Assembly (NCBI GenBank): GCA_963749155.1
Contig: CAVVLO010000001.1
Location: 768,001-832,000 of the forward strand
Length of the DNA: 64,000 nt
Source of the DNA: an uncultured Armatimonadia bacterium
Lineage (GTDB): Bacteria; Armatimonadota; Zipacnadia; CAVVLO01
Direction: 5' to 3'
Position numbers and translations under genes: made by a program. The notes under the pieces were generated by a model. The model was not told the DNA's origin, did not search any database, and saw nothing but the letters and a program-made list of their open reading frames with translations. Shown here piece by piece: positions 39,063 through 49,554 of this stretch (the stretch's first letter is position 1; each line of letters begins with the position of its first letter).

Positions 39063-40142
39063 ATGGACGACAGCGGACGCTACAAGCGGAAGCATAAACG
39101 AGTTCAGTTCCTGATGAAGGGGCTGGCGTATCTCTTCCTGCTCATCGTGGGCATCACGATGGTCGTCCCGCTTGTGTGGATGTTTAGCACCTCGCTCAAG
39201 GAAGAAGCCGCGGTGGCCTCCTTTCCGCCGGAGTTCATCCCGCGCGAGCAGGTCCAGCTCGAATACGATGGGCGCAAGCGCAAGGTCGCCGAGGTCGAAT
39301 ATCAGGGCCAACTCGTCGAGGCGTTGGAGCTGCGTATCTTCAAGGACCAGCGCGATATGCTGCTGCTGGACACTATGAAGACCATCACTGTCCCCGTCAG
39401 CCAGGTCCACTACAAGAAACAGGTCGTCCTTCATTGGGAGAACTACAAAGACGCCTGGTACGCGATGACGGTGAAGGTTTTCCTGTTCGGCAAGTTCCGC
39501 ATCAAGAGCGCCTTCAGCCTCTTCTTCCTCAACTCGCTCTATGTGGCTATCTGCGTGACCCTGGGGCAGGTCATCACGAGTTCGCTTGCGGCGTATGCGT
39601 TTGCCAGATTGCGCTTCCCCTTCAGGGATCAGCTTTTCCTGGGGTATCTGGCGACGATGATGGTGCCCGGCGTCGTGACGATGATCCCTGTCTATGCGCT
39701 GCTTGGGCAACTTGATCTGGTCAACACCTACGCGGCGCTTGTGGTGCCTGGCATCTTCAGCGCCTACGGCACCTTCCTGTTGCGCCAGTTCTTTATGGGC
39801 ATCCCCAAGGAGCTTGAGGACGCCGCTCTGATAGATGGCGCAAACCATCTGCAGATTTACGCCCAGGTCATCCTGCCGCTTGCCAAGCCGGCGCTTGCGA
39901 CGCTGACGACCTTCACCTTCCTCGGGTCGTGGAACGGCTTTATGTGGCCTCTGATCGTGGCCCACGACCTTGAGCTTAAGACTCTGCCCATCGGCCTTGC
40001 GGCCTTCCAGGGACTGCACCAGACGGAGTGGACGCTGCTGATGGCGGCCTCCCTCGTCGTGATGGTGCCAGTCATCCTCGTGTTCCTCTTCAACCAGCGC
40101 TACTTCGTCCGCGGCATCGTGATGAGCGGCATCAAGGGGTAG
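39063..40142 (+). CDS. carbohydrate ABC transporter permease (MalG/UgpE type) with extracytoplasmic insertion
   Basis: STSLK, AAYAFARLRFP, LRQFF..IP.ELEDAALIDGA, WN.F.WP, QRYFVRGI..SG.KG. Confidence 0.95.
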   Translation: MDDSGRYKRKHKRVQFLMKGLAYLFLLIVGITMVVPLVWMFSTSLKEEAAVASFPPEFIPREQVQLEYDGRKRKVAEVEYQGQLVEALELRIFKDQRDMLLLDTMKTITVPVSQVHYKKQVVLHWENYKDAWYAMTVKVFLFGKFRIKSAFSLFFLNSLYVAICVTLGQVITSSLAAYAFARLRFPFRDQLFLGYLATMMVPGVVTMIPVYALLGQLDLVNTYAALVVPGIFSAYGTFLLRQFFMGIPKELEDAALIDGANHLQIYAQVILPLAKPALATLTTFTFLGSWNGFMWPLIVAHDLELKTLPIGLAAFQGLHQTEWTLLMAASLVVMVPVILVFLFNQRYFVRGIVMSGIKG

Positions 40143-40190
40143 GCGAGAGCCAGCTTCGCAATTTTTTTTCGAAAACTTGCTTCCACCCTC

Positions 40191-40218
40191 TTGACAGCCG
40201 GGCCGGATATGTTACGCT
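40191..40218 (+). promoter_or_regulatory. sigma70-type promoter of padR
   Basis: TTGACA (40191) - 16 nt - TG.TACGCT. Confidence 0.6.
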
Positions 40219-40219
40219 A

Positions 40220-40276
40220 CGTAATATTACTACGCGTAATATTACGGCGCGTAATAATACGCGGCGTAATAAGTAC
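40220..40276. repeat. four 15-bp-period repeats, putative PadR operator array
   Basis: CGTAATA at 40220, 40235, 40250, 40265; first two contain the palindrome GTAATATTAC. Confidence 0.8.
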
Positions 40277-40290
40277 CAAGGAGGCGTGGG

Positions 40291-40845
40291 ATGGATACCA
40301 GGAGACTGACAAATCTCGACGCGGCGCTGATGGGATTGCTCTCCGAGAGCCCGCTGTCGGGCTATGACGTGAAGCAGGTCTTCGAAGAGACGCCTCTTGG
40401 GCATTTCAGCAGCAGTCCGGGGGCTATCTACCCGGCCCTCAAGCGACTGGAAAAGGCCGGCTGGATCGCCGGGAAGGTGGATTCCAGTCACCAGGCGCGC
40501 CCGCGCCGGGTCTATTCGCTTTCCCGAGAGGGGGAGGAGGCGTTGTTCTCGTGGCTGCGCGAGCCTCTCACGCGGGAAGAACTGCTCGGCAACGGGCAGG
40601 CGCCTGTCCTGCGCTTCTCGCTGATGGAGGGGCGGCTCGAGCGGCGAGAGGTAATCGCCTACCTGACGGACTATGCGCGGCTTTCGGACGAATACCTTAC
40701 CGAATTGGAACGCGACCTGGTCGCCAGAGGCGCGGGCCTCAGCCTTCACGCGCGGCTGGCGCTGGAGCTGGGGCTGCGCGGCTACCGGTTGCAGGCAGAA
40801 TGGGCGCGTTGGGCCATCCAGCGGCTCAGAGCAAGTGGGCGCTAA
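40291..40845 (+). CDS. PadR-family transcriptional regulator
   Basis: L.GLL...P.SGYD, S.G.IYPALKRLE..G.I, RRVY.L...G; AGGAGG SD. Confidence 0.93.
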   Translation: MDTRRLTNLDAALMGLLSESPLSGYDVKQVFEETPLGHFSSSPGAIYPALKRLEKAGWIAGKVDSSHQARPRRVYSLSREGEEALFSWLREPLTREELLGNGQAPVLRFSLMEGRLERREVIAYLTDYARLSDEYLTELERDLVARGAGLSLHARLALELGLRGYRLQAEWARWAIQRLRASGR

Positions 40846-40871
40846 AGGCGCCTTGAAAGAGGAGAGAGCAA

Positions 40872-41751
40872 GTGATGAGGTTGATTGGATATCTGTGGCG
40901 GGTGCCGGTTGTGGCGGTGGCTTTCATCGCGCTGATGCCGGTTGGTAACGCGCTGGTTTCGGCGCTGAGCCTCGCGATGCCGACCTTCGAGGGACAGGCG
41001 GAGGCAGGCACGCAGGCTGGGCTGGCGGCGCTGGGCGCACTGGTGCTGGCGCTTGGGCTGGGATTAGTGGCTGACAGGCTGCGCAGAGGGTTCTTTCCCA
41101 GGTGGTTTGGACTGGCCTTCTTCGCTTTCGTGGCAGTAGGGCTAAACACCGCCTTCGAGGCGGCTGCCTTCACCACGCTGGACGCGATGAGCGCCATGAT
41201 ATTCATCTTCGTGCCATCAGTCCTCGGTGCAACAGCGGTGGCGGCGGCCCTGTTCGGCCCTCGCCCAGAGGAGTCGGCTTATCGTGGCGCTTACAGAGAC
41301 TTCACAATCCAGCCTCGGGCTGCGCTTCGCCTGCTGCTGGCTTGGCTGGCGTTTCCCTTTGTCTACTACCTGTTTGGGATGCTGCTGATGGTGATAAGGC
41401 CCGAGCTGATGGACTTCTACACGTCGGGAGAGTCAGGCCTCACGCTGCCAGACCAGGGGCAGATTCTCCAACTGCAGTTGATGCGCGGCGGATTTGCCCT
41501 GTTTTCGATATCCGGCTTGCTGCTGCTGTGGGAAGGCGGGCGAGGGGCCTTCACACTGAGGGTCGGATTTCGCGCTGTGGGCGCTGATGGGGCTGTTTGG
41601 GATGATCCAGGGCACCTGGCTCGATCCGGCGCTGCGCATCGGCCACGGGCTTGAGATCGGCTGTGACGCTTTCGCTTACGCCGGCCTCGTAGCCTGGTTG
41701 CTGCTGCCGAAAGAGCAAGAGGCCAGGACGGAACCAGAAGCCTCCTCCTGA
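40872..41751 (+). CDS. membrane protein, ~8 TM (frameshift near 41570)
   Basis: Hydrophobic helices; removing one T from GGATTTCG continues the frame as FALWALMGLFG...HGLEIGCD..AY to TGA 41751. Confidence 0.65.
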
Positions 41752-41806
41752 AGGACGCGGCGAGGAAAGCGCGAATAACTCTCCGTTATTTCCGGGAGGC
41801 TTCTGA

Positions 41807-43909
41807 ATGGAATCACTTGTTTTGTTTGCCCTTGCGCTGTTGCTGCTAGCAGGCGCGGGTCAGGCGGCGCCTGACAGAGCGGAACTGCTTTCACAGGCTC
41901 TGACCTATTGGCCTGTAGCCCAGGCCTTCCAGGCTGGAGAATTAGCCGCTCAGGGCGAGGTGACAGTCGCACCAGCCCCCGGAGAGCCGCACGATGAGGC
42001 GGTAGACTGCGCCGGGACAGGCTTCCTGGTTGCAGAGGGAGCGCCCAACGCTACAGGTAAGGGAATAACGGTCTTCGTGCGCGCTCAGGCGCCTGGGGGA
42101 GAGTGGCAATCGGGGCTGTTCGCGAAGCGCATCGCCGGCCATGAGACCATAAACTTCAACCTCTGGTGCGCCACTCACGATCCGGCAGTCGGCCCTGTGA
42201 TTGGCTTCGAGCTGACGCACCGAGCACGGGTTTCGGCGTGGTGAGTTTCCCAGTCAGCCAGATCGATCCCAAAGCCTGGCACAGCCTGGTTGGGCGGTAT
42301 GATGGGCAGATGCTTGAGCTTATCTCGGACGACACGCCGATGGCGCGCGCCCACTTCGCGGGAGGGGCGCTGCTTCCTAATGATCAACCAGTGATAATTG
42401 GCGCAGACGGGCCGCAGGGGAGGCCTTTCAAAGGGCTGATTTCCGAGGCGGCGGTCTGGGACAGGGCGCTTGGTTACGAGGAGATTGCAGTTCTCAACAA
42501 GGTGGAGGCACTGCTGCCAGGCCCCGAGGTTGGCGTGCCGATCGCCACATCTATCATCCATTACCGGCCTGAGGAACCCGCCTGGGCAGGTGACCCGATC
42601 CCCTTCTACTGGAACGGGCGATACCACATCTTCTACCTGGAAGCAGGGCGAGGAGCGGGGCCGTGGGCGCATATCGTCAGCACCGACCTGGTGCACTGGG
42701 AGAGGCTGCCTTATGCGTTGCTGCCAGGTACCGACCCGCTAGGGCCGGATGCGGAGGGTATCTGGACGGGCAGCGTTATCGAGCATGAGGGCGTCTTCCA
42801 CATATTTTACACGGGTAAAAATATGGTACATCCCGAGGGCGACCAGAAAGTGATGCACGCGACCAGCGTGGACCTGGTGAACTGGACGAAGCGCCCCGAG
42901 TGGACCTTCTACGCCGATGGCGTCCACTACTGGAGCAAGCCGGTCAACGGGTCGCTGGAGGGCATCCAGATTTACCACCATCAGGCCTTCCGCGACCCGG
43001 AGGTCTTCTACAATCCGGATGCAGGTTGCTGGTGGTTGCTGCTTCATGCCTGCAGGCCGGATGGCGAGCCGGTCTTCGCCCTGTATACGTCCGACGACCT
43101 GATTGGCTGGACGCCGCAGGAGCCGCTGGTGAGTTGCGCCGGCGCGGGGATGTCAGGCGACTGCCCGCACTACGTGCAGCTCGGGCATCGCTCTTACATC
43201 ATCTCGGCCGAGCATAACTATGTGTGGGCCGAGAAGCCAGAGGGGCCTTATTCGGCGGTCAATGCGCCCTTCGACGCTGGGCTCTTCACCGTGCCGAAGG
43301 GGCTGTTCGATGGCAAGCGTCACCTGCTTGTAGGCTGGCTGAACGACCTGGAAGGATTTCGAGATGAGGGGGGAGGGCGCTGGGGAGGCACTCTCTCGAT
43401 GGCGCGCGAGGTCTATGCAGGACCGCGCGGAGAGCTTTTCCAGAGGCCCTGTCGGGAGGTTATCGACTACTTCGATACGGTGACTCTGGATCGCCGAGGA
43501 CGTGGCGCTTGCGGCGGGGGAGAGCCTGACCGAGAAGGCACCGGCGGATGGGATGATGGGCTGCAGGCTGGTTGCAGAGCCAGGCGCAGTGGCCAAGCTC
43601 ACCTTCCGCGCTGAAGAGGGCAAGCCGGAGGCCGGTTATACACTCACGCTGGACTTCACCACTGGCAAGGGCGCTCTGGCGAGTCAGTTCGCGGTCTATG
43701 AGCAGGACTGCGCCTTGAAGCCGGGGCGCGAGGTCGAGGTGCGGGCCTTCGTGCTGCAGGACGTGCTGGAAGTGTTTGTGGACGATGCGTATTGTTTCAC
43801 GATGCACTGTTACAATTGGCCGGATGGGGCACTGAGAGTTGCGGCAGAAGGCGCCGGGCTCACGGTAAATAACCTGACAGCCTGTATTTCAAGTGGATCA
43901 ACCGATTAG
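41807..43909 (+). CDS. secreted LamG + GH32-like beta-fructosidase (frameshifts near 42220 and 43495)
   Basis: Signal peptide; WH...G.YDG, IGA, F.G.I.E..VW.RAL LamG; GDP.PF, WAH..S.DLVHW, WTGSV, FRDP, DCP; C-terminal sandwich (LEVFVDD). Confidence 0.8.
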
Positions 43910-43926
43910 GAAGAGAGGGATTCCCG

Positions 43927-44388
43927 ATGCCCGATATGCTGGTGAAGTTATACGATTTGCCTGAACTGAGACCCTATATGGAAGCTGTCGAGAAGGCTGG
44001 CTTCCGCATCAGGCGCGCCAACCCGTGGGAGCAGAGCAAGCTGGCGGAGTTTATCAAGACCAATTTCAGCCAGGGCTGGGCGGAGGAGACCTCGGTGGCT
44101 TTTGCGAAGCAGCCCATCACGGCCTTTATCGCGCTGGAGGGAGACGAGATCGTTGGCTTCGCGGCTTACGAATGCACCAGGCGCAACTTCTTTGGGCCAA
44201 CGGGCGTGAAGGAGAGCCTGAGAGGGAAGGGATTAGGGCAGGTGCTGCTTGTGGCTTCGATGTGGGCACTGTGGGAGCTGGGTTATGGCTACTGCATTAT
44301 CGGCGGAGTTGGGCCGGCTGACTTCTACCACAAGACCGTCGGGGCAGAGCTGATACCCGGCAGCAAGCCTGGCATCTACAGAGGTTAA
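43927..44388 (+). CDS. GNAT-family N-acetyltransferase
   Basis: MPDMLVKLY, FGPTGV....RGKGLG..LL, GY.Y.IIG, FY.K. Confidence 0.9.
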   Translation: MPDMLVKLYDLPELRPYMEAVEKAGFRIRRANPWEQSKLAEFIKTNFSQGWAEETSVAFAKQPITAFIALEGDEIVGFAAYECTRRNFFGPTGVKESLRGKGLGQVLLVASMWALWELGYGYCIIGGVGPADFYHKTVGAELIPGSKPGIYRG

Positions 44389-44490
44389 CGTCGCAGGGGT
44401 CAGTGCCCCCTGCACCCCCGGACTGGCTCTGCCTCTGAGGCCGCCAGCCGGTCGCAGCCTCGGCAGGGCTTCCAGGCAAAGAGGCCAAAA

Positions 44491-44521
44491 CAAAAGGCCG
44501 GGCGAGAGGCCCGGCCTTTTG
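44491..44521. terminator. bidirectional intrinsic terminator
   Basis: CAAAAGGCCGGGC-gagag-GCCCGGCCTTTTG between convergent genes. Confidence 0.85.
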
Positions 44522-44542
44522 CTTCTTGCACAGGTATTGCGT

Positions 44543-45367
44543 TTAGACGGTCCGCAAGAAATCCACGGCCTCGCGGATGTTCTTCACGGGGTCGGCGCCA
44601 ACTTCGCGCTCGATAGCGTAGTAACCTTCGAAGCCATGCTGCTTCAGCAGGCCGATATAGTGCGGCCAGTCTACCCAGCCCTCGCCGAGGGGCACTTCGA
44701 GCGGGGTACCGTCTTCCAGCACCAGGGCGTCCTTGGCGTGAGTGTGGACCACATAATCGCCGATGACATTGACGCCTTCATTAGGCATAAAGTCGGCGAT
44801 GGCCTTCTCCTTGTCGTAAGGTATGCCATCGCGCGAGGCCAGCATCGGCGGCCAAAGGATGAAGTTGGCCGGATCGTAGTTGATGCGCAGGGTCGGGCTG
44901 CCGACGGTCTCGATGACGCGCTTGAGCACGGCCGGGGGCTCGGGGCCGGTCTCCATCGCGAGCACCGCGCCGACCTCTTCGCCGTGTTTGGCGATGGGCT
45001 GGATGGCGCTCATCAGGGTCTCCCAGCGCTCGCCGACAGGCTCCCAGGGCATAATGCCCACGTGGCCCTGCCAGATCTTGCAGCCGAGTTCGGCCGCCAG
45101 GTCCAGCAGGCGGAAGGCCGTCTCTATATGACCTTGAAGGCCTTCTTTCTCGCACAGGTCAACCTCGCCGCCCCAGGCACAGATGGCCGAGATGGCAACC
45201 CCTTCGCCGTCCATAAAGCTGACGAGTTCTTTGCGGCCGGCGCTGTCCAGATGGAGCGGAGCGCCTATCTGGGCGCCTACGACGCCCCAGGTCCGGACGA
45301 GTTTTACAGCTTCGCGGAAGTCCATCCGCATGTTCTCTACCATTACTGCGATCTTGATGTCTGCCAT
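44543..45367 (-). CDS. sugar phosphate isomerase/epimerase (xylose-isomerase-like TIM barrel)
   Basis: LAMETGPE, NYDPANF, HTHAKD, LGEG.VDW, GFEG...IERE. Confidence 0.9.
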   Translation of the reverse strand: MADIKIAVMVENMRMDFREAVKLVRTWGVVGAQIGAPLHLDSAGRKELVSFMDGEGVAISAICAWGGEVDLCEKEGLQGHIETAFRLLDLAAELGCKIWQGHVGIMPWEPVGERWETLMSAIQPIAKHGEEVGAVLAMETGPEPPAVLKRVIETVGSPTLRINYDPANFILWPPMLASRDGIPYDKEKAIADFMPNEGVNVIGDYVVHTHAKDALVLEDGTPLEVPLGEGWVDWPHYIGLLKQHGFEGYYAIEREVGADPVKNIREAVDFLRTV

Positions 45368-45376
45368 TGGGTCCTC

Positions 45377-47804
45377 CTAGATTGGTCGTTCGAGAAGGTC
45401 GCATTCCACGACCTTGTTGCCTGTTATACGGAAGGTCTTCACTTCCTGGGGAGCAAAAGTTGCGCTCCAGGTAAGGGCACTATGGGGCAGCAGGAAGACG
45501 GCTTCCTTCGCCTGACCTGCAAGCTCCACCGCCCGGATTATAAGGCTTTCGCCGTCTTCCGACTGCTTTATGGCCGGGATGGCAATATGGTCGGCCGAGA
45601 TAGTGATGAACTCCTTGGCAAGTGGCAGATAGCCCTCATGGCTGGATTCGAGCAGGAAACTCGGCGGGCTGTTAAGCTCTAGGGCAAGCTCGGGCACCTT
45701 GCCCTCTACAAAGTCGCCAGCATGCGGCACCAGGCGCCAGGTGAAATCATGACGACCCTGGTCGATATATTCATTCCATTCGTCCGGCTGCAGCTTGTAG
45801 GGATCGTGCCAGGCATAGACAGTGCTGCGAAGCAGAGTTATACGTAGCGCCTTGTCGTCTGCGTCGTAGCCATACTTGCCATCATTCAATATCGCAAAGC
45901 CGGCGTTACGACCTTGGGTGTCGCAACCGGAGAGATCGAGCCAGGCGTGCATCGGTTCCTCTTCGCCGTTCAGGACGCGCTCGCAGAAGCCATAACTCAT
46001 ACTCGAGTGAAGCTCTGGCTGCTTGATTCCGAAGGGCACGGTCAGCTTGAAGGCCTTGAACTGGTCCTGCACCTCCAGGCTGGTCTTTACTTCCACCCAG
46101 GGCTGACCTGCCCACAGACAGATACGCTGGATGAGGGTGGAAGCGCCCCACCTGGCGCGCGTGCGCACCACGGCGCGGATTGGGCCAGCTTCTTCAAGCA
46201 CGGCCTCGAAGCCCTCGAAGGCGCCGACTAGCTGGTCGTACTTCTTCAGTTCATGGCTCCAGGTGTCGGAGGTGTCATGGAAGACGTCGACACTCTGAGG
46301 GGCCGAAAGCAACTCGACTCCGGTGCGTTTGTCCAGCACCTGAGCAAGGCCGCCGGTCTCGGGTGAGATCGTCACGCGAAGCCAGGGGTTCTCCAGCCGC
46401 TCGGTGGTAGCGGTCAGGTCGGACTGGACAGGCGCAGGGTTGCCCCTGACCAGCCTGAAGGAGCGCCAGCCCCAGGCGGGCAGTTCGGGCTCGAAGCACA
46501 GCTCCATCCGGCCCAGCGCGCTCCTTTGGCGGCGGCGGGATTGCGCTGATAGGGCACTTCGTTGCCAAGCTCGTCCAGCACCTGGGCTTCGAGGCTCCAG
46601 GTGAGATCGCACGCCATCGGGACAGTGGTTTTCCAGCCGTGGGGATTGAAGCAGACCAGCGTGGCGCCTTCACCTGAGGTATCGAGTCTGGCGGCGATTG
46701 CCTGCTGGGCGAAGTTCTGGGTTTCGGAAGCGATATGCAGCGCGTAGCCTGCGGCGGCCTGAACGTCCTCGTAGGCGGGCTTGATGCTGGTGCCGGCCAG
46801 GATATCGTGGAACTGGTTGAAAAGCATCCGGCGCCAGGCTTCGGTAAAACGCTCAAGTGGATAAGGCTTCAGCTTGAGGCGGAAGGCCAGCGCGGCCCAT
46901 TTCTCGGCGGTCGCCAGGGCTTCTTCACACTGGCGATTCAGGTGTTTGGCCAGCGTCGTTACCGAATAGCAACCGCGCGCGTGGTGTTGAAGCTCCTCAG
47001 GGACACGCGGGAAGCTCGTTTCGCAGGCCCGTAAGAGACGCGAAGAAAGCCTCCAGTGTGCTACACAGAGGGGCAGGCGCCTCAGGGTCGGCGGCGATAT
47101 CGTGGATGGCCTCGATATTGTCGATGGTCGGCCCTCCGCCGTGGTTGCCTACGCCGTAGAAGCAAAGCGAATCCGGGACGGTCGGCATCCACTCGGACGC
47201 GGTATTAATCCACTGGGTAAGCGCCTGCGCTCTCCCAGACGCAGTAATGGTTGGCGGCGCGGCAACCGATAACTGTAGAACCATCGGGCGCTATCCACTG
47301 GAAAAGGCCCGCGGGCAGCGTCTTCTCGTAAGGCCCTGGGCGAAAGAAGATGTAATAATCCAGGCCTGATTTCTTGAGCAACTGGGGAAGCATCCCATCA
47401 TGGCCGAAGGAGTCGACGTTGTAGCCAACCTTGGCCAGCTTGCCAAACCGAGACATAAAATAGCCCTGACCATAAAGCGCCTGGCGCGCGAAAGCCTCAC
47501 CGCTCGGGACATTGCAGTCAGGCTGCACCCACCAGCCCCCTGCAAGCTCCCAGCGGCCTTCGGCGACGCGCTGGCGGATCTCTTCAAACATTGCGGGGTC
47601 GGTCTGTTCGACCCACCAGTAGAGCGCGGCCTGGGCCGAGGTAAATTTGAAATCCGGGTACTCCATCATCCGGTCGAGGGCCGAGCGAAAACTGGAGCGA
47701 GTGGTTTCCATCCCTTCGGGCCAGCGCCATAGCCACACCGGGTCGATGTGAGCATTGCCGATCATATGGATGGGGCGCCCTTGGGCTTCTTGCTGGTCTG
47801 CCAT
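45377..47804 (-). CDS. GH38 alpha-mannosidase (several frameshifts, near 47230, 47020, 46830, 46545)
   Basis: IGNAHID.VWLW.W, GGWWVQPDCN.P.GE...RQ, DSFGH, YGVGNHGGGP, RGCYS, FNQFHDILAG, NDGKYGY, LLRS, DQG.H.F, K.SED. Confidence 0.9.
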
Positions 47805-47950
47805 TGGAACCTCCTGACTGGTAAAAAAAGATACGGGGCAAAGGTTGGCGAAGAAGGGCATATCTCCTGCAGCAGGAAGCAGGAGGAGCGCCTCGAACCA
47901 ATAAAATCCTGACCAAGAGTAATTGTCACCATCAAGGAGGACTGAGAAAA

Positions 47951-49363
47951 ATGGCACAGAACGGTTGTGTGGGCGTCATTATCGGCAACAGGGGTTTCTT
48001 CCCCAGCTTCCTGGCCGTCGAAGGGCGCAAGGAGATACTGAGTCTGCTGGAGAGCAAGGGCATCAAAGCCATTATCGCCCCGGCAGAAGCCACCCAGCAT
48101 GGCGCGGTAACGAGCTATGAGGACGCGCAACTCTACGGCAAGCTGTTCAGAGATCACGCCGAAGAGATTGACGGCATCATCATCAGCCTGCCGAACTTCG
48201 GCGATGAGAAATCCATCGCGCAGACCATCAGGTTCAGCGGCCTCAACGTGCCGGTAATGGTGCAGGCCTATCCGGATGACCTGGCCAAGCTTGACCTGGC
48301 CAACCGGCGGGACAGCTTCTGCGGCAAGTTCTCGGCTTGCGCCAACCTGCGTCAATACGGGATAGACTTCTCCCTTACCGACCTGCATACGGTAGACCCG
48401 AAGAGCGAGGCTTTCGCAAGAGAGCTTGACTGGTTTATGGGCGTCTGCCGCGTCACAAAGGGCCTGCGCAACTGCCGTGTTGGCGCCGTGGGCGCGCGTC
48501 CGGCCGATTTCGACACTGTCCGTTACAGCGAGAAGATTCTAGAGGCCAATCGTATCTCGGTAGAGCCGATTGACCTCTTCGACCTGTTCGGCAAGGTGAA
48601 CAAACTGGGCGAAGACGATCCTGCGGTCCAGGCCAAACTCGGCGCGCTGCGCGGTTATTGCAATATCGCGGGCGTGCCCGACCACGCGCTGATGCGGATG
48701 GCGCGCTTCGCCACGGCGCTGTCGGCCTGGGTAGAGTCGAAAGACCTCGACTGCATCGCGCTCCAGTGCTGGTCAGCCATCGAGGAGAACTACGGCATCA
48801 CCCCGTGCGCGGTAATGAGTATGATGAGCAACTCGCTCATCCCCGCCGCTTGCGAGGTAGACGTTACCGGCGCCCTCAGTATGTACGCGCTGCAACTTGC
48901 TAACGGCACTCCCGCCACGATTCTTGACTGGAACAACAACTACGGGCACGAGCCTGACAAGTGCGTGCTTTTCCACTGCAGCAACGCGCCGAAGGTCTTC
49001 TTTGACGATCTGAAGATGAGCGCGCAGGACATCCTGGCGGATTCTGTCGGACGCGAAAACAGTTATGGCACCTGCGTTGGACGTTTCGTGCCGATGCCTG
49101 TCACACTGGCGCGTCTCACCACCGATGACGTCAGCGGCGAGATCCGCACCTATCTGGCCGAGGGCGCGCTGGTGGATGATCCGCTCAACACCTTCGGCGG
49201 GGTTGGAGTATTGCATGTCGAGGATATGCAGGAGCTGCTGCGTTATTGCTGCGTCGAGGGTTTCGAGCACCACGTGGCTATGGGCGGCGGGCGAGTTGGC
49301 GATATGCTGGCCGAGGCCTTTGGAAACTACCTGGGCTGGGATCTCTACTACCACAAAGGGTGA
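47951..49363 (+). CDS. L-fucose/L-arabinose isomerase family protein
   Basis: LPNFGDE, RRDSFCGK.S, QCW, ACE.D..G, FHC.N, GFEHH; AAGGAGG SD. Confidence 0.88.
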   Translation: MAQNGCVGVIIGNRGFFPSFLAVEGRKEILSLLESKGIKAIIAPAEATQHGAVTSYEDAQLYGKLFRDHAEEIDGIIISLPNFGDEKSIAQTIRFSGLNVPVMVQAYPDDLAKLDLANRRDSFCGKFSACANLRQYGIDFSLTDLHTVDPKSEAFARELDWFMGVCRVTKGLRNCRVGAVGARPADFDTVRYSEKILEANRISVEPIDLFDLFGKVNKLGEDDPAVQAKLGALRGYCNIAGVPDHALMRMARFATALSAWVESKDLDCIALQCWSAIEENYGITPCAVMSMMSNSLIPAACEVDVTGALSMYALQLANGTPATILDWNNNYGHEPDKCVLFHCSNAPKVFFDDLKMSAQDILADSVGRENSYGTCVGRFVPMPVTLARLTTDDVSGEIRTYLAEGALVDDPLNTFGGVGVLHVEDMQELLRYCCVEGFEHHVAMGGGRVGDMLAEAFGNYLGWDLYYHKG

Positions 49364-49380
49364 TTTCGGACGCTCAGGAG

Positions 49381-49410
49381 AAGGGACTCGGCAGTTGCCG
49401 GGTCCCTTTT
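49381..49410 (+). terminator. intrinsic terminator
   Basis: AAGGGACTCGGCA-gt-TGCCGGGTCCCTTTT. Confidence 0.8.
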
Positions 49411-49554
49411 ACTTTGCGATTTCCGGTGATTTGCCGTAAAGTCTAGTGAATTGGGGGATAAACCAAAGCCGCGTTATGGTTTATACTTGGACAGAGGGCC
49501 GGAAGGCCTTCCGCTAGAGCAGATTTCTAAAGGGAATAATCGAGGTGCTTTTCG

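Noticed and set aside
40220..40276. Possible mini-CRISPR array
   Set aside because: 15-bp period with no unique spacers and no cas genes; fits an operator array.
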